A stretch of 64,000 bases of DNA, taken from Raillietiella orientalis (taxonomy: Eukaryota). Shown here in pieces: positions 11,970 through 24,500 of this stretch. Under the pieces are notes generated by a model. That model was not told where the DNA came from. It worked only from the letters and a program-made list of their open reading frames with translations, and made no database searches. Position 1 is the first letter of the stretch. Every line of letters starts with the position of its first letter. The stretch is from positions 1,922,001 to 1,986,000 of the forward strand of contig JAYWIR010000009.1 of the NCBI GenBank assembly GCA_036172245.1. The letters run 5' to 3'. The translations under genes and the position numbers were made by a program.

Positions 11970-13111
11970 CTGCAAATCCTTTTAATTTCTTCTATTTTCG
12001 CAGCTTTCCTTCCAGCCTTTTGTTTTTTTTTTTTGCCTGCTAAGTGCTGGGGAAACATCCTTAGGAAACGTTCGAGAAGCGCTTTGCCGCTGTCCACGCC
12101 ACCCGGAGGTGCGTCCAGCAATTCAATTTATAGGGGGTACCCTACGAATCCAGGAAGGGACTCGAGAGGACGGATTCCGTCCCTCTCTTGCTCCTGAGGA
12201 AGAATCCCGAAGAAAACCACCCCTTCCTTGTTCTCTCCGGAGGGACCCCCGGTTTGTGAGAGTCGCTCCTCATCTCTTTTTCGAAGGGAACCCGGAAAGA
12301 ATCCTCTCCTGGAATTTCTTCCCCAGAGGGGACCCTCGCGAGGGAACCGCTCCTTGTTTTCCTCCTCCTCTGAAGAGAACCCCGAAGGGGTGCTTCCAAG
12401 TTTCCCTGAAGGGAGCTCCTGGAAGGGAGCAGCGCGCTTCTTAACGCTCTGGAGAGAAGCATCAACCAGCTCCATGGTACGTGATGTAAGGCCCCCCTCC
12501 CGAGGAAAGGAGGCAGCTCCGTTTAAACGACTGTAGGGAAGCCTCGAATGACTTCTTGGGTCCTGGGAGGACCACGGAGTATCGACTTTCCATCCTGACC
12601 AGTCTGCGGGGACATGCGGCTTCCACCAGTGCCGCACCCCCGGCGGCAACGCCAGAGACGTTTTAAAGCGCCTCTCCCTGAGCGACGCCCTCACGCCGGC
12701 CGCATTCCTAGAAGCACTTTGCTGTCTACGTGGGATTGTGGCGCTGCATGGAGCAACGCCAGAAGAGGTCAGAACGACTGGCACGCCATCTATTTTGCTG
12801 TCCTCTTCATGAGGACAGCATCAAGATGACTCCATCTGGGAGTCTTGAAACAGGAAATTGCGAACATCCTTAAAAGGATGCAGAGGACCCTCCAGCACAC
12901 AATGATCCCTTCCCGAACTCCCAATTTTTTTACTGTATGCTTTTTGTTTTATTTTTTTTTCTTTTTGTTTGTCTTCTCTTCCCCTGTGCTGCCGAGGCGA
13001 ACCCCTCTGGCCTTCGCGCCAGTTCCCGGCAGTCTCCTTCTCGTTGTTATAAGTAACGTGGCAGGATCAAACGTCCTGCCACAGACACGTAGGTTTATTT
13101 TATAAATAAAC
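11970..13111 (+). mobile_element. Internally deleted copy of the same LINE family (putative 5' segment B joined to the 3' segment)
   Basis: 11970-12470 is homologous to 48276-48790, 51370-51640 and 52160-52610(-), sharing tccacgcca and gaatccaggaagg. ~12500-13111 carries the CLRGIV...AI..A.LF.RT motif, the 3' stem-loop and the AATAAA palindrome. Confidence 0.55.
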
Positions 13112-13176
13112 TTCTTGACGTGATTGGGTGTCAACCAGTGCCTCACCCGAATAGGCCATTCAGCATCATCTTGGAG

Positions 13177-13260
13177 GGGGGGGGGACTCGAAACCCACGA
13201 CGCTTGGCGCCGCTCGCGGAGAGTCGCAGAGGCACGGCGTCCAACGCGGGCCAACGAGAA
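13177..13260 (-). mobile_element. Possible tRNA-derived SINE head (degenerate)
   Basis: Minus strand has A-box-like TGGCCCGCGTTGG and B-box-like GGGTTTCGAGTCCC; no intact cloverleaf. Confidence 0.3.
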
Positions 13261-14171
13261 AACAGAATAAGAAATATTCCCTTCCAGAATACCCCAGCCG
13301 GATGGACTCGGGAAACAGACGCCTCACCTTGGGCTTTGTAAGCGGATCGGATGGCAGGAGCACCTCTGGAAAAGTGGCAACCTGTGTCGTACCCATGAGC
13401 GTCACGAGGAGTGATCAAGAGATCCGCTTTCTGATGGAAGACCAGACGCGCATCTGAACTCCCACGCTCAGAGGTTCTTGAGAACAAGGCATGGAAACCG
13501 TGAGGGATCTCCAGGCTTAGAGTGATGGACTCCTTATCTCTCAGAGGAACAACAACAAAAAAAAAAAAGGACGCTTCGAAACTCGATCTAGGAAACGCGC
13601 TAAAAATGCTTCTGATGTGCGACAGAGGAATTTTCGGAAGCAAATGGATCGCCTCTCGATAAAAACGACTTGGCAGTTCGCAGCACTGGGCAAAGGCTGC
13701 TTCAGCTCAAGAGCTGGGCTGAGGCTGCTAAAGCTCCTGAGCATTTTCAAAAGTTTCTCATCCAAAGATCGTAATTCCCTCTTGTTCTCACTTTTTCCTC
13801 CGTGTCCTCAAATCACTTCTGGATCCAGCGTCTCGTAATTAGGAATCTTCACCGGAACCCCTCCCGCTTGTTCGGATTGCGCGATGCCGTTCCAGAATTA
13901 TTTCTTGCCACTTATTCCAGAAACGGATTCTTACGATTTCTTCTTGCATTCGAGGAATTTGTGGGCTGTCTATCAGGAAGGACCCGTCCGAAACTTACTG
14001 CATCTCGTAAAACTTAGATAGAGTTCGTTTCACGTCGGTTTAACGAGAAATCCGGTCCATTTCTAGTCCTGTTTGGGATTTGCAGGTTTTCCGAGGACCA
14101 GGACGGTCTTTACGTCTGATTCTCATTTGCTCATCAGTCACATCTCTCTCTCATATTTCCAAGTGATGCCC

Positions 14172-15011
14172 TAGATGGGTTCCCGTATAACGCGGGGAAT
14201 ACGTTTCGCGTTATAGGGAACCGCGTTATACGAGACATGCATTGTCAGATGAATTTATGCAAGCTTAAACATGAATTAATGAATCCCAACCGAGACATTG
14301 ATGGAACTGAATTGGTAGGATCAGCACACTGTCCCGGTTCCAGTGACGATGAGGAAAGGTCATTCTAGACTTTCAATGAACCAGAGCAACATTTGGGTTT
14401 GGAAGCTTCAGATAACGGGTTAGAAATAGCCCAAACTCTGGAAGCAATAGATCCGTTCCTGGAGGGCAAGTTCCACTTGCCGGAACGGGCCGCAGTGTGG
14501 AACGCGTTTGCGGCCCCCATCCCTCGCCCCCTACTTTTCAGATCCGTCAACAGAGCGCACTCTATCGAATTTAAAAGAAGATTGAAAGACCGTCTGTCCC
14601 CATATTTGCAAGCCAAAAATGACCTGGAAAAAGGAATTGTTTCTCAGTGACGATAACGATAAAGACGAAACTACGAAACTGTCTTCAAACGATGAATCTG
14701 TACAGCCAATACGAAAAAGCCGATGTCGTTGGAACTCATTCGAGGACACTTCCGGTAGCGAATAGATGTCAAATAGTGAAGCATTTTTATTTACGTCTTT
14801 TACAACGGTTAGCTCTCCTGTGTATAGATGAACAACAGGTGAGTGTATACATCTTGCGTTTCCAAACGAAAAGTCGGAAAGTACGCCAAGATGTTGAAAT
14901 TTATCTTACGCGTTATACGGGACTGTTTATCGCGTTGTATGAGTACCATTTCGTCCCGTTGTACGAATTCGCGTTTCAGGGGATCGCGCTGTGCTGGAAG
15001 ATTCCCCTGTA
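14172..15011 (+). mobile_element. Tigger/pogo-like DNA transposon remnant (internally deleted)
   Basis: Subterminal cgtataacgcg/cgcgttatacg motifs at both ends; right end ...cccctgTA. Internal peptide LEAIDPFLE...SIEFKRRLKDRLSPYLQ resembles the C-terminus of Tigger-type transposases. Confidence 0.5.
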
Positions 15012-17759
15012 TTTCATTTATAAGCTGATTCGTTGAGCGTTCTGATGCTCCATCTGAATGGACGTAAAAATGCTCGACAGTATTGCTGCTGCTTTCTCAG
15101 GGGAAAAGGGGAAGAAGAAAAAAAAAAAAAAAAAATGCGGAAGTGGTGTTTCCAAACATCTTCTAGTGTACGGCTTTTCCTGCTTTGAGAACCCCGTGAT
15201 CAAGCAGCCAGGAGGTCTGCTGCAACTCAACAGAATCAGAAATGGACTGTGAGATTACGTAAGAAACCAATGGCTCCGTTTCGTATTGGAGATTTTGGAT
15301 TCTGGCTAGGAGCTTTAGGTTGTTAGGGTTGCGTAACAGCGATCCAAGAACAGAAGAATCTTCCAACGAACGTCCGTCCGTTAGGTAATTCTCCTGGTCG
15401 AGAGCGCCGTAAAAAGAGAAGGAAAAAAAGGTGCTTATCTCGAAAAGACGATTCGGCTTTTTTCAAGTTCGGCTTGGTCCATCGTCAAAAAAAAAACTTC
15501 TGCTGACTGAAGCAGTGACCAAGGGCTGAAGTGCTGTCTGTTTTAGAAGGGCGCTGTTTTGAATTCCGTGTCAATTCAGTGGACTGTCAGATCCGTATCT
15601 CATCTCTGGGGACATGCAAAGGGCTGTTGGGGATGGTCCAAACGCACGCCCTCATGCGTCGGTGCCGAAGTTTATCTCCCAGCATCCGCTTCCCTCATGA
15701 TCAGGGATTTTGCGATTAATTTCGCCTTCTTCCCAGCAGGAAGAAATTCGATTCGAGGAGCATCTGAGGCCGTCTTAGGGAAGCTTTCCGTCGCAAAGGG
15801 CCGTTCCCGGAACGGACGGCGAGGCACGAAGATAGCCGATTAACGAAATTCATAAGAGTTCGTAATTTTTTTTTTTTTTTTATTTACTTCTGTTGTATGA
15901 ACTGTGTATGAACGTTCTCCAGTTGCTCTGCTCCAACTACGGTGTCATTTAGCTTTTTAGCTATTTTGTCGACTCGAGAAAAATAAATAATAATGTGCTA
16001 GGGATGGGCTCAAAGGAACATGAAGAAGAAAAAGGAGAGGGAGAGGGAAAACGCTTCACTTCTTTAGCATTAATTACATCCATAAAACTTGAGACCAAAC
16101 TCTCAGAGAAGGGGATGAATAAGGTCAGAATCCAAAGAATGCCTTAGTGTTGTTTTTCAGCAGGATCAAATTTCCAGATTTATTAATTTTGTTATTCATA
16201 GTTCTTTTGAAAAAGGATGAGGGGCATCACTGATATCTGGGCAAAAAAAATTCACCTGTCTTAATAGTTGTAAGAGTATTTAACGTAAAAATAAAAAATC
16301 AGTATAAACTTACTACGTTTTTATTGTGTTGATAACCCTTCCTTGTAATGTGTAAGGCAATAAAGAACTAATTACACAAAATATGAAATATTAACTTTTA
16401 TTGATTGGGAATGCATTTCAAAAAGCATTTCTGTGTTGCTTCTCCTGTCCAAGCATATCAGGATGGGCTTGCGGAGCAGCAATATGGAGTCGGTTGTCAG
16501 GGTTTCCAACTGCAAGCCTATTCCCATTTTTGCATTTTGCCACACACACACACAAAAAAAAAAGCTGGAAGGAAAAAAAAGCAAAGACAGAAGAAAAGGA
16601 AGAACCCAAAGGATCCCCATCATCCGATTCGTATTTTTTGAGAAAAGCTGTTCGCACCGTAGCTCCAAGCAGAGCTAGCATTCAAAAGACACCTTGTAAA
16701 AGGACCTCTTCCTATAGAAACACAGGCCTTACAAAATTTCTTTATTGAACTAAATTCATTCATTAATGAAATATCAGCTTGTGAAGCAATTAACTCCAGC
16801 TGAAAGTGTGTACCGTAAAAAGGAAAGAAAAAAAAAAAAGGAAGTAGAAAATAATTGCAGTTCCACCTCAATTTCACGAAATATTTCATACCTGGTTTCA
16901 AATTCCTCTCTCTAAGACATTGCTTTCCGTATCTCACACTGGATGCTGGATTCACCGAATGTAGTGTGGAGGAACGTGTTAAGTTAACATCATTAATTCT
17001 TTTTTTAATCTCAAGATTAAAATGAATGAACTATATACTGGCTCCATCTCATGAATATTCTAAGGCAAAAGTGATAACACAGTTAGTTTCGACCTAACCT
17101 TAAATTCGTCTTTTCCTACTATAACCACAGCAATTTCCCAGAGAGATTACTCAACATAAAATTGAAAATTTTATTCCATTAGGATTCCGAGATACTCAAA
17201 TTTAACCTTACACAAAATCGTCTATAAAGTCAGTGTTAGAAAGTTGGCTTTCCTGCAGTTCGAGCTTCGTTCAAAAAGCAGTGATACTGCAATAGGCTAA
17301 ATTGAATCAGCTTCAGTGTGTAGGACACTGAAGTTCATCACCCAGATGTGTTGAATGGGCAGTAATATCAACAAGAAATCCCACATCGCAGAGCCAATCG
17401 TTCCATTCCAGGGACCTGATTGCCTTTGAAATCCATACGCGACTTGGTCTCCTCTTCGAGTCACCAGAAGCGCATTTCACCGTTACTGAATCACCTAACA
17501 TGGGAACAATTCAGCCTCTAATTCAGAAGAAACCACTCAAAATGACCACAATCAAGACTGTTGTTTCTAATGAAAGTCGCACATCCAGATAACCACATTA
17601 CAGAGTCAAGCACTGTAGGCAACGATGTTGATGCACGATGCGACGGTGGAAGGCTAAACTTTCCCGAGTGAGGCCCCTAATTCTTTCAGTTCCTTTTTCA
17701 GTAACTCGGAGAGACCACTGTTTTCCCAATACGGGAAAGCGGAACTTCATCTGTAGCTA

Positions 17760-17995
17760 CGCTAACGAGTTTTTGAATGAGACATCATAAATAATAAATG
17801 TTAGCAATAGTAGCTCCTCTTCCTTGAAAAAGTCTTTTCCCGTGATGGTAGCTACAATTGGAATTGCCTGAAGCCTCCAAAATACCAAGCCACTCCTCTT
17901 ATACAAACTGACAACTGAGACGCTGTCAAAGTTTTCTGGTGTCAGCTGTGTCATCAAGTTCCAAAGAGAGGAAAAATTTCTTTCACAGTTCAAAC
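17760..17995 (-). mobile_element. Decayed non-LTR RT fragment (RTE-like)
   Basis: PENFDSVSVVSLYKRSG...IPIVATITGKDF (~PQDFKDA.I..LYK.KG..ISLL...GK.), then in a shifted frame RGATIANIYYL*CLIQK (~GRST.D.IF.LR.L.EK). Confidence 0.45.
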
Positions 17996-18595
17996 GCAGA
18001 TCAAATTAGCTGGATCATATGGATGAAATTCGTTGCCGTTCGTAAACTCGTCCAGATACAGTTCTGAGGGACAAACTGAACAACCTGACCGTATCCGGAG
18101 TCGAGATTTCAAGAGCTCTTATTTCAAAGCATTTCTTTAACGAACTCTCCTTCCGCATGTGGTTTAAGTTCTTTAACCATTACCTCCCTGATTGCGTGGT
18201 TTGCCTGCGCGGTGCTGTGGTCTTCAACTCGAGGTTTCATCAGCCAATACCCAGCATCACAGTATACACTTTTGCTATTTCCACCTTCACAAGCAGTGCC
18301 TTTCAACTCTGTGCTTTGTGTCCCTCCTCATCCTCCTCTATAACACTTCTTCGCAGCTTCAACGGATTCAAAGTCAGCTAAGCACGCAGCATCCCCATTC
18401 ACTTCTATGAAGAAAATTCCCGAATTCAAGCGGGATTCAGCTGCTGGTGTTTTTTCCACAAATTTCTTTTCTTCCCGACACTAACATCTCAGAAGGCATT
18501 ATTGATACAGATTGGAAGCACTATATTGGAAATCTCGAAACGAAAAAAGTTTACGAAGCAAAACACACGAATTTCAGTACACCTATTTAGATGTG

Positions 18596-18805
18596 CCTTT
18601 GAAACCTAGGAGTGTCATGAAGACACGCCCCATGCAACGACAGACCCCTCTGAAACCTAGGAGTGTCATGAAGACACGCCCCATGCAACGACAGACCCCT
18701 TTGAAACCTAGGAGTGTCATGAAGACACGCCCCATGCAACGACAGACCCCTCTGAAACCTAGGAGTGTCATGAAGACACGCCCCATGCAACGGCAGACCC
18801 CTTTG
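18596..18805. repeat. Minisatellite: 4 x 51 bp (two 102-bp dimers) plus a 6-bp partial unit
   Basis: Unit cct(t/c)tgaaacctaggagtgtcatgaagacacgccccatgcaacgacagacc starting at 18596, 18647, 18698, 18749; t/c variants alternate; no spacers. Confidence 0.98.
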
Positions 18806-21546
18806 TATAACCAGAAGTCACTGACGATGAATTCTGATCATTTTTGAACATGGGAGTCGGTGGGTTTGTAAAAACCGGGAGGCTAAACTCAATTCCAATG
18901 TCTCGCCGAAGATCACAGGCTCCTCGTGTCTTCATCTGAGGTGTTGCTTGGTACGTACTTCTCCCGTTTCCCTTTTGTAAACTGCTGCCTGTATTCTCTT
19001 GCACCCTGATTCCTGAGTTCTCGAAAGGAAGCGAGGGGATTTGTATGACGTGTTTTCGGTTCCAAGAGGCCCAACAACTTTGAACATTGCCGTGAATACG
19101 CTGCTCGCTGCTGTGGTGGAAGAAGGTTTTGGGTCACGCTACCAGAAAACACCTTCAATCCAAAGAATCTACAGTGCCTGCTCGGAATGGGAGTGGTATC
19201 TAATCGCATTTTCTCTTCTTCCGAGTGATAGCAAAGCATATGAAAAACAAAAAATGCTATAATGAAAACTTTTCAACGCAATACAAAATTTTCCATAAAA
19301 GAAGAACAGTTTTACATTGATTCTCACAATGCTACCGTAAAAGATTAATAACATACTGTTGCACCGTTTTTCTATAGGATTTTTCTTGATCTGTCTTATT
19401 TCTCATTTTGATTGATTAGAGACGGTGATTAGATATCGTTCAGACTGCCTTCGAAGAAAGTTTTCTGCTTCGAAGAAACTTGACTGACTTCACAATGTTG
19501 CCAACATTCATTTGCCACCTAACGATCATCCCAAACTTTGCATGACCTCACAAATGCAGATATTTATAAGCAAAGAGCAATATTCAGCAAAGACGTGAAT
19601 GGCACGTTGTTTTATTAGAACATTCGCTATCTTTTAAATTATTTGTTTTTCTTTACACACACACCTGTTCTCACATGGCATCAAAAGTTCCCACTATTGC
19701 CAGCTACATCTTTTCAATGCCATGATCACGGGAAATCAACAGGCAGATTGTTCTTTTGCTTTTTTCATTTCAGGAATGCCATATATCCTTTTTCCTCTCT
19801 CGCATGATTAAGGTAAAAAAACAAAAAAAAAAACTAGAGCAAGTCACGGCATCAGTGGTATCAAGTGGTCATTCGGAAGCATTTTACCAACATAAACACC
19901 AAGTCCCAAAGTCTGGAATTTACGTTTCCATGCATTCACATTTTCAGGCATGCACAACATGACCACGCAAGTTTGAAAGAACCGTAGAAGACCGTCGAAG
20001 AGTCCACTTGGTCTGTTTTTCTTTCTTTCACCCACATCTCCCAGCTTCTAACGAACGAATTCACTCTGCCTATCAGCACAAAGTTCTATCCAGGATTCAC
20101 GCTTGCCAAGTGCTTCACTACGCTTAACAACGGGGCTCTTCCAGGAAGGAAAAACGAAAATTTTGTCTGAGGCAAATGACTGGCCCGGTCAAAGCTCATG
20201 GAAGCCAAGTGACCTCACTTGTTTACTCTGCCACCTATCATTTATGCTACTCGAAGTAATACGCTGTGATATACGTCCTTCTGTGGCATTGGTATTCGGT
20301 TGATGCTTTCCTCACCAAAAAAAAAAAAAAAAAAACCAATTTTCTATTTCCTGCATGCGTTTGAAATTCTTTTCACGTTTCCGTGGAGTCTTTTTCTGGC
20401 ATAATTTCAGCACATTTGACTCGGAAGCGCAGAGGAAATCTCGCTGTATTTCATCCTTTGTCTCCGCAATGCAACGGAATTCTCGAATTCCTTTTGCCAG
20501 ATCAGGAACCTCGTCTCTTTTCTGCTCAAGTCCCTCGCTTCCAGTGAGCTCGACTCACGACTCTGTACCCGCTCTTGGAATCTCCGTTTGACTTCCCGCT
20601 CGCCGATCGATCGGTTTCGCTTTTCAAAAATCCTCCCAGTCTGCACCGCAAACGACCAGAAGCATCGATTCTGAGCCACGGACAGAGTCACGCTTTGGTA
20701 AGGCGACCGACCCTACGTCCTATAAATACGTCTTCTTTTTTTTTTTTTTTTTTTTTCCAAGGAAACTTTTTGCTTCGCAACTTCTCGTTCAAACGTGTGG
20801 GTTTCACCCACGCAAACCCACTCAGTATCCCGGACGCCGCGTTCCTTCCCAATTTCGCGAGTGAAGATCCATTTCAATGAAGCTGCCTGCTTCGGGAATC
20901 CCTTAACGGGCGGGCCCGATGATGTTTCTTCGGAAGCGACCCTGTCATCTTCACAACGATGTCTCCGATCAACCCGTCAGCTGATTCGCTGCAACTGCCG
21001 GGAACGAGTAAGAAAGGTGATGACGACCAAGGTATATGCTGGAGTGGCGAGCATCCCTGCTGAGGGACACACGGCAGCCATCCAAGGAGTCGATCTGGGA
21101 TCGATTCCCGAAAAATTCCTGATGACGTGGTTTCAGTCCGGGGGAGGGACGGAGGAGCAAAGTGTTGCTTCAGCATGCCGGCGGCTTATTTATTGATGAA
21201 GATTATCTTTCCCACGCAGAGGCCAATCGACAAACACTTCGAAGCCGCGATCTCAGACGTCGCCCTCACTCTAAAACGAGTTTCATTTTCATCAAATAAG
21301 ATTCGAGATATTTTTTATTGACACCGGATGCAAAAAACCATTGAAATTCATCACAATAAATGCAATGACGAAAAACGAAAATAATGATAATGAATGGAGA
21401 AAGTACCACGGCTTTTTTTTCTTCCAGCTGGTAAGGAATGACTCATTTTTATCACAGACTGTTTGCCTTCTTCGTGAAACATTTTTAAACGAGCGATTGC
21501 GGAGAAGGAGAACTATTTATACTTTTTACATCAGCACCGACACGGT

Positions 21547-24500
21547 TTACACATCTTTCAGTAACTTTCCGGCTCTCTGGTTAGCCATCCCTATCCTCGT
21601 TTCGTTGGAGGCAGCCTACGTGCGCCGGGAATACCATGAGACGCTCCCGCAGGACTCGAGTCTTTTACCTTGGCGTTGATGCGATCGACCTGCCGATTCT
21701 GGTTCTCCACCTCGGATCCCATGTCGATGGCCATGTTCCGCAGGTTGCCGATCATGGTGCTGACTTGACCCATGTTCTCCTCCATGTCGTCCTCTCGAGA
21801 ATCCTTCAGGATTCTAAACAAGGGATGCTGCGGGCGCAGACATTTTTTTTTTTATTTTTAATAACCTGCTGATGTATCCACCGGAAGGATTCAGGCCGTT
21901 TCGGTCGTCCATCACTCGCTGAGGTTGATTGTTCACGATTTTTCCATCATCATTTCCCTTCCATGTACCTTCGTCTTCTTTGAACTGAGTGCCCCTAGGC
22001 GCCACTGTTACATCGCGACCTGCGCATCTGAAAACTGAACTTGCTGCACGGGAGGACGCAAAGTCCACAGCATTTTTCCATTCCTTTCAGATTCTTTTCG
22101 GCTTCTCGCATGTCTGCATTGATCTGGTCCATGCCTTCCTCCACACGATCCAACTGTTCTGTAAACAGAAACCACAGGTGAGTGCTAGCGCTCCGTCGTG
22201 AATTCCTACGGACCTCCTTGATCATCCAGAGCAACCAGTGTTCTGATCCCAGCCTCTTTGCTCTTGATGAAAAAGAAAAAAAAAAAAGAGACAAAAAAAA
22301 AAAAAAAGGTAAGAAGAAGAAACACGCACAAGTATGCAAACACGCGGAGCTCGAACACACATAATGGCACAAGACAAAATAAAAGGAAAGACGGGAAGTT
22401 ACACAATCAGTATGTACTCACCTCTTCACACAGCGTCAGCATGCGCCGAGTACTCTCCAGGGACTACAACATAACAACAGCCATTAATACGTAACAGAAA
22501 CAATGATCACTGTCACACAGCATCAGCACTGCGGACGATCTTTTTCCTCTGCTGCCTCTACGAAGCGCGGGTGCGTTTCCTAAAGCATCACATTCTAAAG
22601 CAGCTTTACAGATGCGTCAACGAGCGAACAGCAGCCGCCCGTTCTGCTGTTTTCTGAAGTGCACCTCGCCGCGACGGTCTCCCGGAAAACAGTGTTGCCA
22701 GGATCGCAACACTGTGGCAAGCAAGAACAGGACGTTCAGTGCATCAGGTCCCCTCTCCCTACATGGTCACCGTCGCAGGCACCGAGCTCTCTCTCCAACC
22801 TCTGCGAGCTGAGCGAAGGCGAACCCGCTGGGATCGAACCCACCATTTGTCCTTCAGGAGAATCCGTGAGCCGCGTGAGCTTCACTATCTCTAGAAGCCG
22901 GCGTGGTTCCCATCTGCGGTCTTCACGACCTCAAAGAGGAAGAATTTTCGCCACAGCGGGTGGATCGCTTCTCACGGAATCGCCGGTGCGGCGTCTCCAC
23001 TTTGGATTGCCTACCGTCGCACGAAATTCTCAGCCGAAGGCGGTAAAGGGTGCCATCCATCATGCAAGAGCTGCCAGCGGAGCTCCAGCAGGCACACATT
23101 TCAATTGAGGACAGCTGTGCGTAACCTCTTCCGAGTGTGGCCCTCTGGGCGAACATCGCAAGAGTGTTTCGTGAGTGTCTGCAGTCGGCGGACCATTACC
23201 TGAGTCAAAACCTGCCGGACTGGGAAGCAACGTATCCATTTAGCAAATAGGAGGCAATTTTCCGATAAGAGCACGTCTGGAGAGGGGGGTAAGGAAGATT
23301 GCGTTCCGCGAAGGAAAAAATAAAACAGAAGGCAAAAAAACATTCAGATTCCATAAAAAAAAAAAAAAAAAGAAAAAAGAAAAGAAAAGGCCTTCTTTTG
23401 CAGCAATTCTGGGTTCGTACGTTCGATTCGTTTGAGGTTAGCATTCGTACAATTCCAATTCTTCTCGAATAATGAGCACAGCAATTTCGAAACTTCTTCG
23501 TTCCCTCCGTCGATAAGAAAAGAGAAGAAAACACGAAGGACGCAAGCCTTCTTTTTTCATTCGATTATTTACAAATTCATACCATAGATTTTTGATCTAG
23601 AACTTTCCATCAATCACCTAAATTTTCTACACTTGTTTCCGTCGAGTTTCTGGAATAAACTAGGACTTATGCAGGAAGTGGTGGCAATTGGAAAGAAAAT
23701 GAGAAAATAAAACGAATGTAAACTGAATTAATAAATTCAGTCACATGTACCATCCCGTTGTTTAACTGCGACATTTATCCTCCATACAATATCCCTAGTC
23801 TTCCCGTATAACAACCCTTTTATGTACGCGTGTATGCTTAAGCCAGAGAAACGCGTTTCCCTTCGTTGGTCACATCGCCGGAAATCATCATACGATGGCA
23901 CCTCGTTTCCAAAACAAAGTCACTTTTTCCCTGTGACTCCTGGAAAAATCAGCTTTTACCAGGGAACCACTTTGTAAGGCACAGTAACTCAATCAAGCAA
24001 AGAACGTGCTCCCCTCCTCCCTTCCAAACAAGAAAAAGCGAAAATCGTACAGAACACAAACGGACCCAAGCTTCCCTACGTGGTCCGAATGGCACATCTC
24101 TGCCTTTTGAACTTTCAAAGCTACCTGCTGCAGGTGTGAAAGGAGCCTGTGGTGGCTGATGGAAAAACATCTCTTTCCAACAGAAGTCGAGGAAATCGCA
24201 CCAAAGATGATAGACCAATAATAAATGGTACGTACCGCCTGCTAATCCGTTCGCTTGCTACAGCAAACGTGTGTGTGTGTGTGTGTGTGTGTGGAGGGGA
24301 GGACGACTTATCGAATAAGCCAAACGAAACGTCTTTTCCAGAGATTAGTGCATAGACGAGCGAAAACAAGGCAATGGTTCGGATGCAAAATTGAAAATTT
24401 CGACGAATCTGCATGTTTGAAGAGGGAGAGAGAGAGAGAGAGGAGTGCAGTACAAGTGCTGAATGGGTCGAAGACCTCCAATCGCATACGAACTGGATTA

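Noticed and set aside
18596..18805. CRISPR-like array
   Set aside because: Units are contiguous with no unique spacers, no cas genes are present, and the context is eukaryotic.
22820..22900. tRNA gene (GGTTCGATCCC on the minus strand; similar motif near 21095)
   Set aside because: Only a B-box-like motif, without an acceptor stem or cloverleaf; at most a decayed SINE.
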